A stretch of 44,584 nt of DNA from a virus (IMGVR_UViG_3300024331_000002:1-44584); one strand, 5' to 3'; shown: positions 26,395 to 34,193, counted from the first letter of the stretch. Notes: generated by a model not told the origin, from the sequence alone. A program made the numbers and translations.

Positions 26395-26704
26395 GTGATT
26401 TCTCCTCTCCCGCTGCCCGGCTGGCGAGAGCGCGAATGCCTTGCTCAATACGTTCTGCGCAGTTCTCCGCTGCATGCAAAGCTTCGATTGACAGACCAAC
26501 CTCACTGGGATGAGGATCACGCTGTTCCGCAGCTGCTATTTCTGCCGCTTCCTCCAACGCATCCCGCCGTGCTGCCTCTAGGGCGCTCTTAGCGAAGTCC
26601 TCAAAGTGATCCGCTAGATCCAGCAACCCGTCCTCACGGAATGTTTTCAGCGCCAACTCAGCAGCCTTCTCAGCCGCCTCGCGCAATCGCGCCTCTGGGG
26701 TCAT
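26387..26704 (-). CDS. Ala/Glu-rich helical hypothetical protein
   Basis: ATGA coupling; RDALEEAAEIA...IRAL motif, common in phage accessory genes. Confidence 0.65.
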   Translation of the reverse strand: MTPEARLREAAEKAAELALKTFREDGLLDLADHFEDFAKSALEAARRDALEEAAEIAAAEQRDPHPSEVGLSIEALHAAENCAERIEQGIRALASRAAGEEKSHE

Positions 26705-26805
26705 GGCCATATCTCCATCCACAGCCTGACTAGCGCCGGCGCAGAGAACGCCGCTATCCAGAACAGCAGCCTAAGTAGGCTTAGGCCGGTGACCTCGTAC
26801 TTCAT
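26701..26805 (-). CDS. 34-aa single-TM microprotein; absent from the ORF track
   Basis: ATGA at both ends; MKYEVTGLSLLRLLFWIAAFSAPALVRLWMEIWP. Confidence 0.55.
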   Translation of the reverse strand: MKYEVTGLSLLRLLFWIAAFSAPALVRLWMEIWP

Positions 26806-27695
26806 GGCTTGGGCATCGCTTTCTTGGCCGCTACCTGCGCGATTGACTCTTTGAGTTTCCCTTCGATGTCCTCACCTATTGTCTTGAGCAGCTTGAAGGG
26901 CACGTTGCGCTCGCTTAGCGCGAATTTCAGGTTCTCAAGCTGCTCGGCGTTGCACACCACAGCCTTGACGCTGGGCTCCCAGAAGCGCACCAGTAGATCG
27001 CGGTTAGCCTCCATGAGCCCGTGATCGCCTTCGATACGTGCGGTCTGGCTTTCATTGAACCAGGTGTAGAACAGCGCCGGGACGTGACTGAGTTTCTTTC
27101 CCTCTAGCTCGGCAATCTTTTGCTTAGCCACGTCCTGAGCCGCTTCGTGTGACCCCTCTGGCTGGTGCATTTCCTCAGCCGGCGTGGCCTCGAATCCCGC
27201 TAGCTTGACGATCCAGCTAAAGGAAAGCCGGAAAGCCTTGCCTGTCGCCCTCGTAATCGACATAGACCGCAGAGCGTAGGAGTTGCGTGACTTCCACGAG
27301 GACTCATCCTTGGTGCATTCCGCAGAGGCCCCGCCGATCACCTGTCCGTCGCTGGTGCGGATTAGCTGCACCTTGGCTACATACCCGTTGTTGTCAGGCA
27401 GCGGATTGCAGTATTCCTCTACCGGGAGCACGCCTAGCATGGCTCCCAGCGTCGTCCAGCCTTCGCAAGTGACATATTTCTTGCCCTGGATGTTTGTATA
27501 GAGCTTCTGGCGGTTGATAATCTCGCTCAGGGCGTCTGCATACTCCGTGGCCTTCTGCACCATCTCTTTGGGATTGGTGATAGGCACAGAACCAAGGCGC
27601 ACGGTTGGCTGTGGAACGGCGATAATCTCCTCGCGCTGCTTCCGCCTTGGTGGCTTCTCTGCCCCGTTGGGCTTTACAATCTCTGTTTCGCTCAT
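26802..27695 (-). CDS. Single-strand annealing recombinase (Rad52/ERF/Red-beta superfamily)
   Basis: GKKYVT.EGW...MS.TRA.GKA.R...ATPAEEM; GGAGG SD. Confidence 0.75.
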   Translation of the reverse strand: MSETEIVKPNGAEKPPRRKQREEIIAVPQPTVRLGSVPITNPKEMVQKATEYADALSEIINRQKLYTNIQGKKYVTCEGWTTLGAMLGVLPVEEYCNPLPDNNGYVAKVQLIRTSDGQVIGGASAECTKDESSWKSRNSYALRSMSITRATGKAFRLSFSWIVKLAGFEATPAEEMHQPEGSHEAAQDVAKQKIAELEGKKLSHVPALFYTWFNESQTARIEGDHGLMEANRDLLVRFWEPSVKAVVCNAEQLENLKFALSERNVPFKLLKTIGEDIEGKLKESIAQVAAKKAMPKP

Positions 27696-27865
27696 TGCTC
27701 TACCTCCTGCCGCATGTTCATTAGCCTCATAAGGTGCAGCCGTTCCTCAATCTCGCCCCATTGCTGGTCGCTTATCTGTGCACCATCCACGCGCCGCTTG
27801 ATCTCATCAGGTGCCACGTCTTCCAATATCTGGCGGAAGGCTTGTAGTAAGTCGTCAGGCTTCAT
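27692..27865 (-). CDS. Hypothetical protein
   Basis: GGAG SD; ATGA coupled. Confidence 0.6.
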   Translation of the reverse strand: MKPDDLLQAFRQILEDVAPDEIKRRVDGAQISDQQWGEIEERLHLMRLMNMRQEVEQ

Positions 27866-28095
27866 CGCCGCTCCAGGTTCTCCCGCAGGGCGCTGCACAG
27901 CATTTCGCTGCTAGCTTGTGCTTGCCGGATTTGCGCTCGCTGCTTGGCAAGGCACGGCGTACAGATGCCGTGAGATACAGGCTCTGAGTCATGGCCCGGC
28001 TTAGCCTCGCGAATCACTGTCTCGCACCACGCGCATACGCACTTCATGGCTGGGCGCTCCATTTGCAGGTCGATTTCATTTTCGTAGGCGTCCAT
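27862..28095 (-). CDS. Zn-finger microprotein
   Basis: CAWC...SHGICTPC motif. Confidence 0.7.
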   Translation of the reverse strand: MDAYENEIDLQMERPAMKCVCAWCETVIREAKPGHDSEPVSHGICTPCLAKQRAQIRQAQASSEMLCSALRENLERR

Positions 28096-28513
28096 GTGCT
28101 CTCCTGTTAGCAGCTTGCTCTTTAGGCGTGGCCCAACGGCAGTTAGTCGGCTCGTAATTTCCGTCGTTGTTGATGCGGTCGATGCTCATTTCCGGGGATG
28201 GTCTACGCCCCATGTCATCAAGGAATGCTTTGTAGGAGTTTCTCCAACGGTCACATACCCTGATTCCACGAGCCCCATATAGATGCCAGTGCCTCTTATT
28301 GCGAGAGCATCGATTCTTCATAGCGCGCCAAGCGTTGTATTCTGGCGTATATCGACCCGTGCAACTCTCACCATGAGTTTTCCCTGGGCGATTGGCAGCT
28401 ATTCGGACCTGGAGGTCGCCGTTTCTGCAAATGCGCAAATAGTGTTTCCTACAGTAGCCAAGGGCATAGGTCGAAACTTCGCACCCAGGAGCAATGCAGG
28501 AACCCATCGCCAT
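28076..28513 (-). CDS. HNH homing-endonuclease-like protein
   Basis: N-terminal C...GC....GYCRKHY; W.AMK.RC, YGARGI.VC.RW, SIDRINNDGNYEP.NCRWAT..EQ..N. Confidence 0.88.
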   Translation of the reverse strand: MAMGSCIAPGCEVSTYALGYCRKHYLRICRNGDLQVRIAANRPGKTHGESCTGRYTPEYNAWRAMKNRCSRNKRHWHLYGARGIRVCDRWRNSYKAFLDDMGRRPSPEMSIDRINNDGNYEPTNCRWATPKEQAANRRAHGRLRK

Positions 28514-28514
28514 G

Positions 28515-28751
28515 TCACCTACCTCCCACAAACGGACTAGCCAGCGCATCTATGAACAGGTTCACGACGTACAGCACGAAAAACACGGCGCCTACGAGGA
28601 GCATGACAATGATGGTCCAATCCTTGATGGCCTTGTTGCGCTGCTGGCGCTTGATCTGCTTCGCCATGCCCTTGCGAATGATGTCCATCTCCGTACATGG
28701 GCGTATCTCGCGAAACGTTTGCCGCTCGTACTTTTGTGCGATGTTGTTCAT
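28515..28751 (-). CDS. Single-TM membrane protein
   Basis: ATGA coupled; hydrophobic WTIIVMLLVGAVFFVLYVVNLFI. Confidence 0.65.
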   Translation of the reverse strand: MNNIAQKYERQTFREIRPCTEMDIIRKGMAKQIKRQQRNKAIKDWTIIVMLLVGAVFFVLYVVNLFIDALASPFVGGR

Positions 28752-28975
28752 GGTCGCTCCGCTCTTTCTATAACTGCGCGCAGCGTGTGCATTAGCTCGC
28801 CTACGCCGCAAAAGGGGTACTCCTTGTGTCCGCCATCGACGTGCGTCTCGCAATCGTAGTGATTATCGAGTTCCGCGTAGACTCGCTTAGCCACAACCAG
28901 CAAACTGTCGCGGTCATGGATCAGCTTGCGAGCCGTCTCTTCGCAGATAGCTAGTGTTTCTTGTCGGTTAGTCAT
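28748..28975 (-). CDS. Hypothetical protein
   Basis: Ends LRAVIERAE, a typical phage accessory motif; preceded by the 18-bp repeat RBS. Confidence 0.7.
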   Translation of the reverse strand: MTNRQETLAICEETARKLIHDRDSLLVVAKRVYAELDNHYDCETHVDGGHKEYPFCGVGELMHTLRAVIERAERP

Positions 28976-28978
28976 GAC

Positions 28979-29077
28979 TCAGCCTTTCTCCGCGCGCTTA
29001 CATTCGATATGTCGCTCGATGAACCGCCCGCGCTCCTTGCTAGTATTTCTGGCCTTCGCTCCGCACTGGCAAGTCAG
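28979..29077 (-). CDS. Possible 32-aa microprotein with CTG start
   Basis: CTGA overlap with the upstream stop; MTCQCGAKARNTSKERGRFIERHIECKRAEKG. Confidence 0.4.
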   Translation of the reverse strand: MTCQCGAKARNTSKERGRFIERHIECKRAEKG

Positions 29078-29256
29078 TACTTGTCCCAGAGCCTTCCGAG
29101 CACTTCCTTTTGCTTCTCGGAAAGCGACCGCCTTGATGTCCACTGATCCGATATGGACTCTACGAAGTTCTTTTCCCATTGCGTCAGCCTCGTTTCGCTT
29201 GATAATCCATCAACGATGTAGTCGATAGCCTTGTCCGTAAACTCCTCGTGCTCCAC
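29074..29256 (-). CDS. Hypothetical protein
   Basis: LT.WE..F.ES......LSEKQ...L motif, common in small phage proteins. Confidence 0.75.
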   Translation of the reverse strand: MEHEEFTDKAIDYIVDGLSSETRLTQWEKNFVESISDQWTSRRSLSEKQKEVLGRLWDKY

Positions 29257-29263
29257 CTGTGAC

Positions 29264-29371
29264 TCAGCCTTTCTCCGGCCAGCGAAGTAGATAGAATGCG
29301 TAGCCCATCAGCGCGAGTATCCCGATTACTAGCAAGGAGAACCCAATCGCGGCTAACACGTGTAAGTTCAT
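29264..29371 (-). CDS. 35-aa single-TM microprotein; absent from the ORF track
   Basis: GGGAG SD, ATGA overlap; MNLHVLAAIGFSLLVIGILALMGYAFYLLRWPEKG. Confidence 0.6.
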   Translation of the reverse strand: MNLHVLAAIGFSLLVIGILALMGYAFYLLRWPEKG

Positions 29372-29661
29372 GGCAATCTCCCGCCAAACTTAGGAAAGAA
29401 TCCCTGCTCACGATCAATTGGAAACAGTAAGTTCATCTGCCGAGCGTCATACGAAGTCATGCCTTGTAATTGTTGACGCTTCTGCAAATACTCCATTACT
29501 TTGTCCGGTGTGAGCGTAAACGCCTTGAGCACCCGCACCGCCAACCGCAGCACCGATGAGAAACCGTTCGTGAAGGGCGAGTACTTTTCGTTCAGCATGT
29601 CAATGTCCGCTATCTCTTCCTCTGACCATCGCGTGGTCTTTGGCTTCCTGCAAATACCCAT
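29368..29661 (-). CDS. Putative ribbon-helix-helix DNA-binding protein
   Basis: GGAGG SD; KTTRWSEEEIADIDML...SSVLRLAV fits an RHH pattern. Confidence 0.6.
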   Translation of the reverse strand: MGICRKPKTTRWSEEEIADIDMLNEKYSPFTNGFSSVLRLAVRVLKAFTLTPDKVMEYLQKRQQLQGMTSYDARQMNLLFPIDREQGFFPKFGGRLP

Positions 29662-29865
29662 AGGGGTTCCTCCAAACGTGAGGGCTGCGTTTGCTGTACT
29701 TCCCCATGACGGATCTTGTTATCGACCTAGTAGTTCTGTAACCGCTCTGCTTGCAAAAGTGACCACCGCGAAATTCTTAGTGACTCATTCACAAAGTGGC
29801 GTAAAACGTACGAACTTTTGCGCAGTCCCAGCGCGAACCGGGTCAGATAAGGACTCAGGCCACTA

Positions 29866-30138
29866 ATGGACCGTCCGTCGATTGAGCATCTTGTGAGCTG
29901 TTCTTTGAGCGAACTCCAGCAACTCGAATTAGCCGCCTTGGATCTGCACAGCCAGTGCATCAAGCGCGCAGAAAGTGAGATCAAGCAGGCCATCGCGCAC
30001 CGCGAAGTGGCCGGGGTGTATAGATTCGTAATCGACCACAGGGAGGACTTGCTGCGGCTGGCCAAGGGAGTAGCGGACGGGAGGCAATGGCTGCTGCGCT
30101 TCCCGAAAGAAATAGCTGAGATTCGCAGGCGGGCGTAG
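29866..30138 (+). CDS. Hypothetical helical protein; the only plus-strand gene in the early region
   Basis: 90 aa; its stop sits 1 nt from the HNH stop; divergent from 29661. Confidence 0.6.
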   Translation: MDRPSIEHLVSCSLSELQQLELAALDLHSQCIKRAESEIKQAIAHREVAGVYRFVIDHREDLLRLAKGVADGRQWLLRFPKEIAEIRRRA

Positions 30139-30139
30139 C

Positions 30140-30694
30140 TCATAGAACACCGCCGGACAATTCCAGTGATTGCTGGAAAACTGGTGGAAGTGGGGGCATT
30201 TCCGCAGGTACAAGGGACGGCGCGAGTAGCTTGTAGCCGCCACAGGTGCGGCAACGCCGAGCCTGGTTACCGCGATCGTTCCAGTAGTAGGTGTTCTCAG
30301 AGGTGTATTCGTGTCCTTTAGGGCAATGAGTCTTCCCCCGATTGACCGTCCCTACGGTTGGAGCGCGGCGCTGATTCTCAGCCAAAGTCACCGGCTCCAT
30401 GTGCGCGGGATTCACACAGGAACGGTTCTTACAGAGATGGTCTATCGTTAGATTGTCTGGGATTCGCGCAACCAAAAGCTGGTAGATAATTCGATGAGCC
30501 TTGCAGGTCTTGAAGCCCTTGAACCGTAAACGACCATATCCTTGGAAACAATAAGCTTTCCAATTCCAACAACTTGACGTGAACTCTATCTTGCTCCGTA
30601 CCCTAGAAGGTAAGTTACTGGCCTTGTTATGTAAGTTAACGTAATTATCCGTTATTCGAAGCAATTGCACATTATTTGATTTCTGGGTGTGCAT
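30140..30694 (-). CDS. HNH homing endonuclease
   Basis: CWNW...GYG...AHR..Y...IDHLC.NR.CVNP.H.EPVT..EN, plus C-terminal THCPKGH...CRTC. Confidence 0.92.
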   Translation of the reverse strand: MHTQKSNNVQLLRITDNYVNLHNKASNLPSRVRSKIEFTSSCWNWKAYCFQGYGRLRFKGFKTCKAHRIIYQLLVARIPDNLTIDHLCKNRSCVNPAHMEPVTLAENQRRAPTVGTVNRGKTHCPKGHEYTSENTYYWNDRGNQARRCRTCGGYKLLAPSLVPAEMPPLPPVFQQSLELSGGVL

Positions 30695-30696
30695 GG

Positions 30697-30897
30697 CTAG
30701 GCTACCTGCTGGGAGAGAGCTTCGATGGCCATGTTGATCTTGGCCATTGTGAGGGGGCGGACTTCGCGCTTATAGCCACGTTCGAGAGCTACCAGCGTTC
30801 GGAGGGAAATGCCAAGCTGAGGAGCGGCCTGTTCCTGCGTCCAGCAACGCTGGAGCCGGAAGGCCTTGATGCGCTGACCGATGGAGTTCTTTGTCAC
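30697..30897 (-). CDS. XRE-family HTH regulator (Cro-like), probably leaderless
   Basis: IGQRIKAFR....WTQEQAA..LGIS.RTL..LERG; the GTG lies 7 nt after the -10 box. Confidence 0.85.
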   Translation of the reverse strand: MTKNSIGQRIKAFRLQRCWTQEQAAPQLGISLRTLVALERGYKREVRPLTMAKINMAIEALSQQVA

Positions 30898-30941
30898 GTC
30901 ACCTATGATAGGGTACGTGCAATTGCCTGTCAATAGGCAAT
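30895..30941 (-). promoter_or_regulatory. Sigma70 early promoter with two overlapping palindromic operators
   Basis: TTGACA (30933-30928)-17 bp-TATCAT (30910-30905). ATTGCCT-N6-AGGCAAT (30922-30941) covers the -35; a 10/12 palindrome CACGTCACCTAT-G-ATAGGGTACGTG covers the -10 and start. Confidence 0.85.
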
Positions 30942-30956
30942 ATTTACACTGTGACT

Positions 30957-31118
30957 AAAAGGAGGGGATGCCCCGCCTCGCGTGGTCGGACGCGGTTTTA
31001 GCGGGGCTGGAGAGACGTGGAAGCGTGGTAATTGTACAACAAAAGAAGCCCTACGCGCGAGCCCAGCCGCCGAAGTTCTAGGGGGCTAGAAGGAATGGAC
31101 AGCCAGGCTCGCCGTGGG
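30957..31118 (-). terminator. Two tandem GC-rich stem-loops with U-tails ending the late/lysis operon
   Basis: GCGAGCC/GGCTCGC (31057-31112) followed by CTTCTTTTGTT, and GCCCCGC/GCGGGGC (30970-31007) followed after a short spacer by TTTT. Confidence 0.6.
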
Positions 31119-31126
31119 GAGAGCGG

Positions 31127-31456
31127 TTACGGGGTTGGAGGGGCGGCTGGCGTGTTTGCGGCTACGGCTGCGGCCAGATCGTCATCCGACTGCTTCAATG
31201 ACGCCTGCAACGCTGCCAGCTTCACCGGATCAGTGCCTGCCGCTGCCAGTTGCGCTGCCAGCCCCTGGATCAGGGTTAGCGCGGAACCAATAACGGTGGT
31301 GTTTTGTGCTACCTGTGCGGTCAAATCATCAAGAGCGGACATTATCGTATTCTCCTTGTTTGTAAGTACATCCAGCTTCGCCATGACCTGGCGCAACAGA
31401 GACGTTGTTTCCGGGTCTTGGGAAAGGCGAACGTTCACATCTACATCAAGGTGCAT
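31127..31456 (-). CDS. Coiled-coil protein at the end of the lysis cassette
   Basis: GAGG SD; heptad-rich, Pro tail. A second SD (AAGGAG) before internal MSALDDL suggests a second start. Confidence 0.75.
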   Translation of the reverse strand: MHLDVDVNVRLSQDPETTSLLRQVMAKLDVLTNKENTIMSALDDLTAQVAQNTTVIGSALTLIQGLAAQLAAAGTDPVKLAALQASLKQSDDDLAAAVAANTPAAPPTP

Positions 31457-31479
31457 GGGTACCTCATTGGGCTGGAATC

Positions 31480-31656
31480 CTAGCCGCGTAGGCTGTCAAG
31501 ATTGGACTTGGAAATAACGTCCTGCTTGTGAGCGAAAAGGGCGTCCAGGGCGGCCTGGATCGAAGCCACGATCTCGGCCGGCGCCTTGGAGCCTTTTAGC
31601 CCGCCAAGGAACGTTTGCAGGAACCCCAGACCTACATCGAGCAACGTTAAGTACAT
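31480..31656 (-). CDS. 58-aa amphipathic protein; absent from the ORF track
   Basis: GGAGG SD; MYLTLLDVGLGFLQTFLGGLKGSKAPAEIVASIQAALDALFAHKQDVISKSNLDSLRG. Confidence 0.7.
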   Translation of the reverse strand: MYLTLLDVGLGFLQTFLGGLKGSKAPAEIVASIQAALDALFAHKQDVISKSNLDSLRG

Positions 31657-31658
31657 GG

Positions 31659-32036
31659 CTATTTGCCTCCCGCAGCTTTGATGTCCGTTACGACTTGGTT
31701 CCAGCTAGCCATAGCTGCTTGCAGCTTGGCTGTGGCTTGTGTAGCCGCCGGCGTGCCCTTTGCCGGTGGATTGCATGCCCCGCCAGCATCGAACGTCGGG
31801 CCTGCGCAATAGACTGCGATGGCATCTAGCAGGCTGTCCTTCACCGCCGTGCCCCTAGAGAGCGCCGAGCACAGCGTACTGGTGCCACCGCTCGCACATT
31901 CGCTATGGGCTGCCTTCTCTTTATCGAGGAACGCCTTCCCTGCGACTGCCGCGTTATAGGCCGAGCGCTCAAGCGGCGTGCAACCTGCCACGACCAACCC
32001 GAGCACCAGAATCGTTACCGCTATGCTTCGTCTCAC
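31659..32036 (-). CDS. Lipoprotein (spanin-like candidate)
   Basis: GGAGG SD, GTG start, signal peptide II MRRSIAVTILVLGLVVAG-C; four further Cys. Confidence 0.75.
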   Translation of the reverse strand: MRRSIAVTILVLGLVVAGCTPLERSAYNAAVAGKAFLDKEKAAHSECASGGTSTLCSALSRGTAVKDSLLDAIAVYCAGPTFDAGGACNPPAKGTPAATQATAKLQAAMASWNQVVTDIKAAGGK

Positions 32037-32162
32037 ATAACCTCCCTTTCGGAAACTTCTGGCAGAGATGCTAGGCATTCAGCGCCTCAACGCCTGCTCC
32101 GCTGATAACCAGTCAAGCGGCTTGCTTCGCGCTCCCTGCCAAAACTTGTGATATAAAGCCGC

Positions 32163-32591
32163 GTGCGCACACTCATCCTCTTTGCCGCGACCCTCTGGGC
32201 GCTCTGGTCCCCGCTGCCCTTTTTGCTCAAGGCTTACCTGCGAACATTCCTGTTTGCCACGGCGGTATTGGAAGGGATGCTGCTATTCAAGGTCACCAAC
32301 AACTACACGGCTGTCTACTTCGCGGTCTATTGGGCACTGATATTCTTTGTGAGCGTGTTCCAGCCCGGCGTGCTCATCTGGCGCTACAAGGGCAGAATGC
32401 TGCGCTGCGCCAAGCTGCGAATCCTGCTATCCGCCTGGCTGCTAATGGTCGTCTACTATGTCGGGTACTTCCGCGATTGGCACTCAGACCAGCTCGACTG
32501 GGTGCCAACCGCGATATACGTTACGGCTTTTGTTTCCCTTGGGGCGGTGGCAAGAGACGGAAATCGACAGAGTATTCCTGCCCGACCGTGA
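32163..32591 (+). CDS. Multi-TM membrane protein, moron-like (superinfection-exclusion candidate)
   Basis: About 5 hydrophobic segments; extended -10 TG-A-TATAAA 5 nt upstream of the GTG. Confidence 0.7.
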   Translation: MRTLILFAATLWALWSPLPFLLKAYLRTFLFATAVLEGMLLFKVTNNYTAVYFAVYWALIFFVSVFQPGVLIWRYKGRMLRCAKLRILLSAWLLMVVYYVGYFRDWHSDQLDWVPTAIYVTAFVSLGAVARDGNRQSIPARP

Positions 32592-32733
32592 AGTAATCCG
32601 CATCCTCTTGTGAAACTCTCAATTCCAGTTGCTCCGGGCCATCGCCTTCAAAGTCCACGATGTTTCCGTCCTTCACCCTGCACATCATCTTGAATGTCTT
32701 ACCGGGACCATGCGGTGGGGGACTTGCCATCAC
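32521..32733 (-). CDS. Small beta-barrel hypothetical protein
   Basis: AAGGAG SD, GTGA coupling; F.VGQEY.VDF motif. Confidence 0.6.
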   Translation of the reverse strand: MMASPPPHGPGKTFKMMCRVKDGNIVDFEGDGPEQLELRVSQEDADYFTVGQEYSVDFRLLPPPQGKQKP

Positions 32734-33149
32734 TTTTCTCCTTTGTCTTTGAACTCAAACTTGCGCTCACTGGTGATTTTAATCACTTCGTCCCAGTGAT
32801 CGATAATTCTTTGGCGCTCTCTCCTGGAGGGAATATCCGTGGGATGCAGGGATACACCAGCCAACGACTTACCCGCAAGCGCAATTCTGATGATGTTGGC
32901 CTCGATACTATCGATGCGCGTTTCCTGCATTAGCAACTTATCGTCTCGCTTTGAAAACTCATAATTAAACGCTTCTATTACTCCCACCAGAACAGTGCGG
33001 ACGATGCCTTCCGTGCGGGAATCAAACTTCTTGGATATTTTGTTGAGTACCCAGTACAGGCCTCCAAAAAAGGAGCTGCCAACCACGCAAACAGCGGCAT
33101 AGAACTTCAGCCACCACAGCCACTCCTCCATCGCTGGCGAATGAAGCAC
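32730..33149 (-). CDS. N-terminal-TM, coiled-coil protein (holin/antiholin or i-spanin candidate)
   Basis: GGAGGAGG SD; one TM segment followed by a helical domain. Confidence 0.65.
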   Translation of the reverse strand: MLHSPAMEEWLWWLKFYAAVCVVGSSFFGGLYWVLNKISKKFDSRTEGIVRTVLVGVIEAFNYEFSKRDDKLLMQETRIDSIEANIIRIALAGKSLAGVSLHPTDIPSRRERQRIIDHWDEVIKITSERKFEFKDKGEK

Positions 33150-33166
33150 ATGGCCTCCTCCTAGTC

Positions 33167-33328
33167 TTAAAAGAACGATGCCAGCAGCCAGAAGAACAGC
33201 CCGATACCGAGAAACTTAACGCGGTACGGCTCTACCGGAGCTGGCCAGCCAAACCCCGCAATTGCAAACATCACCAGCGCTATAACCACGCAGATCAAGT
33301 GTAGTGGAGCCTGATTTCTTTCATTCAT
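33167..33328 (-). CDS. 53-aa two-TM protein (holin-like); absent from the ORF track
   Basis: AGGAG SD; MNERNQAPLHLICVVIALVMFAIAGFGWPAPVEPYRVKFLGIGLFFWLLASFF. Confidence 0.75.
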   Translation of the reverse strand: MNERNQAPLHLICVVIALVMFAIAGFGWPAPVEPYRVKFLGIGLFFWLLASFF

Positions 33329-33337
33329 TGTACTCTC

Positions 33338-33514
33338 CTAATGTCGCAAGTGTGGCCCGTATCCTGAAAACAACAGCACTAGCAGAACGATTAAAACGAT
33401 GAAACCCAAGCCAAACCCGTACGGCCTGTACGGATAGCCCGCCTCTGCTCCAGGCGAGTAGAATCCGCCACCAAAGAACACAAACAGCAAGATAATCAGC
33501 AGGATTAGAAGCAT
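33338..33514 (-). CDS. 58-aa two-TM protein (DUF3309-like); absent from the ORF track
   Basis: GGAGG SD, TAATG coupling; MLLILLIILLFVFFGGGFYSPG...GFGLGFIVLIVLLVLLFSG. Confidence 0.75.
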   Translation of the reverse strand: MLLILLIILLFVFFGGGFYSPGAEAGYPYRPYGFGLGFIVLIVLLVLLFSGYGPHLRH

Positions 33515-33894
33515 TACGCATCCTCCTTTGAATCCACTAAATGCTGTTTCTGAACGTGGTCTGCCAGCTTTGCGTCGGCCTCTTCTGCCGCCTTGATATG
33601 CTCCGGTTTGCGCGTCAGGTCCGCCAGTGTCCTAGCCGTAATGGCATACATCATGAGCTGTTGCCCCATCTGCGAATTGACCAGTGTGTGCGTCTTATCC
33701 GCGACTACCGCGATGGCATCAATCTTTGTCGTGGTTTCCGCTGTCACTTCTCGCAGCGTATTCTTTACCTCGTCTTTATCTTTCTTGGCTCTCCAGCCTA
33801 AATATGCCGTCACGGCGGTAAGTGTGGCCGTCATGACCGGGCTGAGCACGATAGCCCAGGACAGCGGCAGGGTTTGCGTGACCTGTTGAAACAA
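33514..33894 (-). CDS. N-terminal-TM protein (holin-like)
   Basis: GGAGG SD; one TM segment then a helical domain containing HTLVNS. Confidence 0.7.
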   Translation of the reverse strand: MFQQVTQTLPLSWAIVLSPVMTATLTAVTAYLGWRAKKDKDEVKNTLREVTAETTTKIDAIAVVADKTHTLVNSQMGQQLMMYAITARTLADLTRKPEHIKAAEEADAKLADHVQKQHLVDSKEDA

Positions 33895-33902
33895 GGGGCC
33901 TC

Positions 33903-34193
33903 CTAGGGTTTTTGTTCTGCTGGTGCCATAGGTACGACAAGTTTTTCCTCCCCTACCTTGGCGTTCTGGATGTTTACCGCGGCAACAAAGTTGGGACTGC
34001 CCTCGACCTTGGTGGAGTAGGCACGCGCCAGGTTGCCAGCCAGCGTATTTACGAACTTGAACACGAACTGATAGAACATGCTGGAATTGACGGTTGGTGC
34101 CGGCAGCGAGCCCACGAAAGAGATGGCAATGTAGTAGCCCACCAGCGCGCTAGACGTGGGATGCGCCATTAGGAAGTCCCATATTGCAGTCAC
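33903..34193 (-). CDS. Holin-like membrane protein
   Basis: AAGGAG SD; directly downstream of the endolysin candidate; LPAP...FY..VN.LAGN motif. Confidence 0.65.
   Translation of the reverse strand: MTAIWDFLMAHPTSSALVGYYIAISFVGSLPAPTVNSSMFYQFVFKFVNTLAGNLARAYSTKVEGSPNFVAAVNIQNAKVGEEKLVVPMAPAEQKP

Larger units (their letters stand above)
28975..29277. repeat. 18-bp perfect direct repeat (28975-28992 and 29260-29277)
   Basis: TGACTCAGCCTTTCTCCG twice; on the minus strand it encodes EKG-stop plus the next RBS. Confidence 0.9.

Noticed and set aside
29410-29440. Beta-clamp-binding motif (QMNLLF) in the RHH-like protein
   Set aside because: Too short and degenerate to support without conservation data.
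30957-31126. tRNA gene or attP site
   Set aside because: No T-loop GTTCRA, no cloverleaf and no integrase; the stems fit terminators.
33321-33521. 66-aa ORF from the track
   Set aside because: Wrong frame; 33338..33514 has an SD, TAATG coupling and a clear two-TM pattern.
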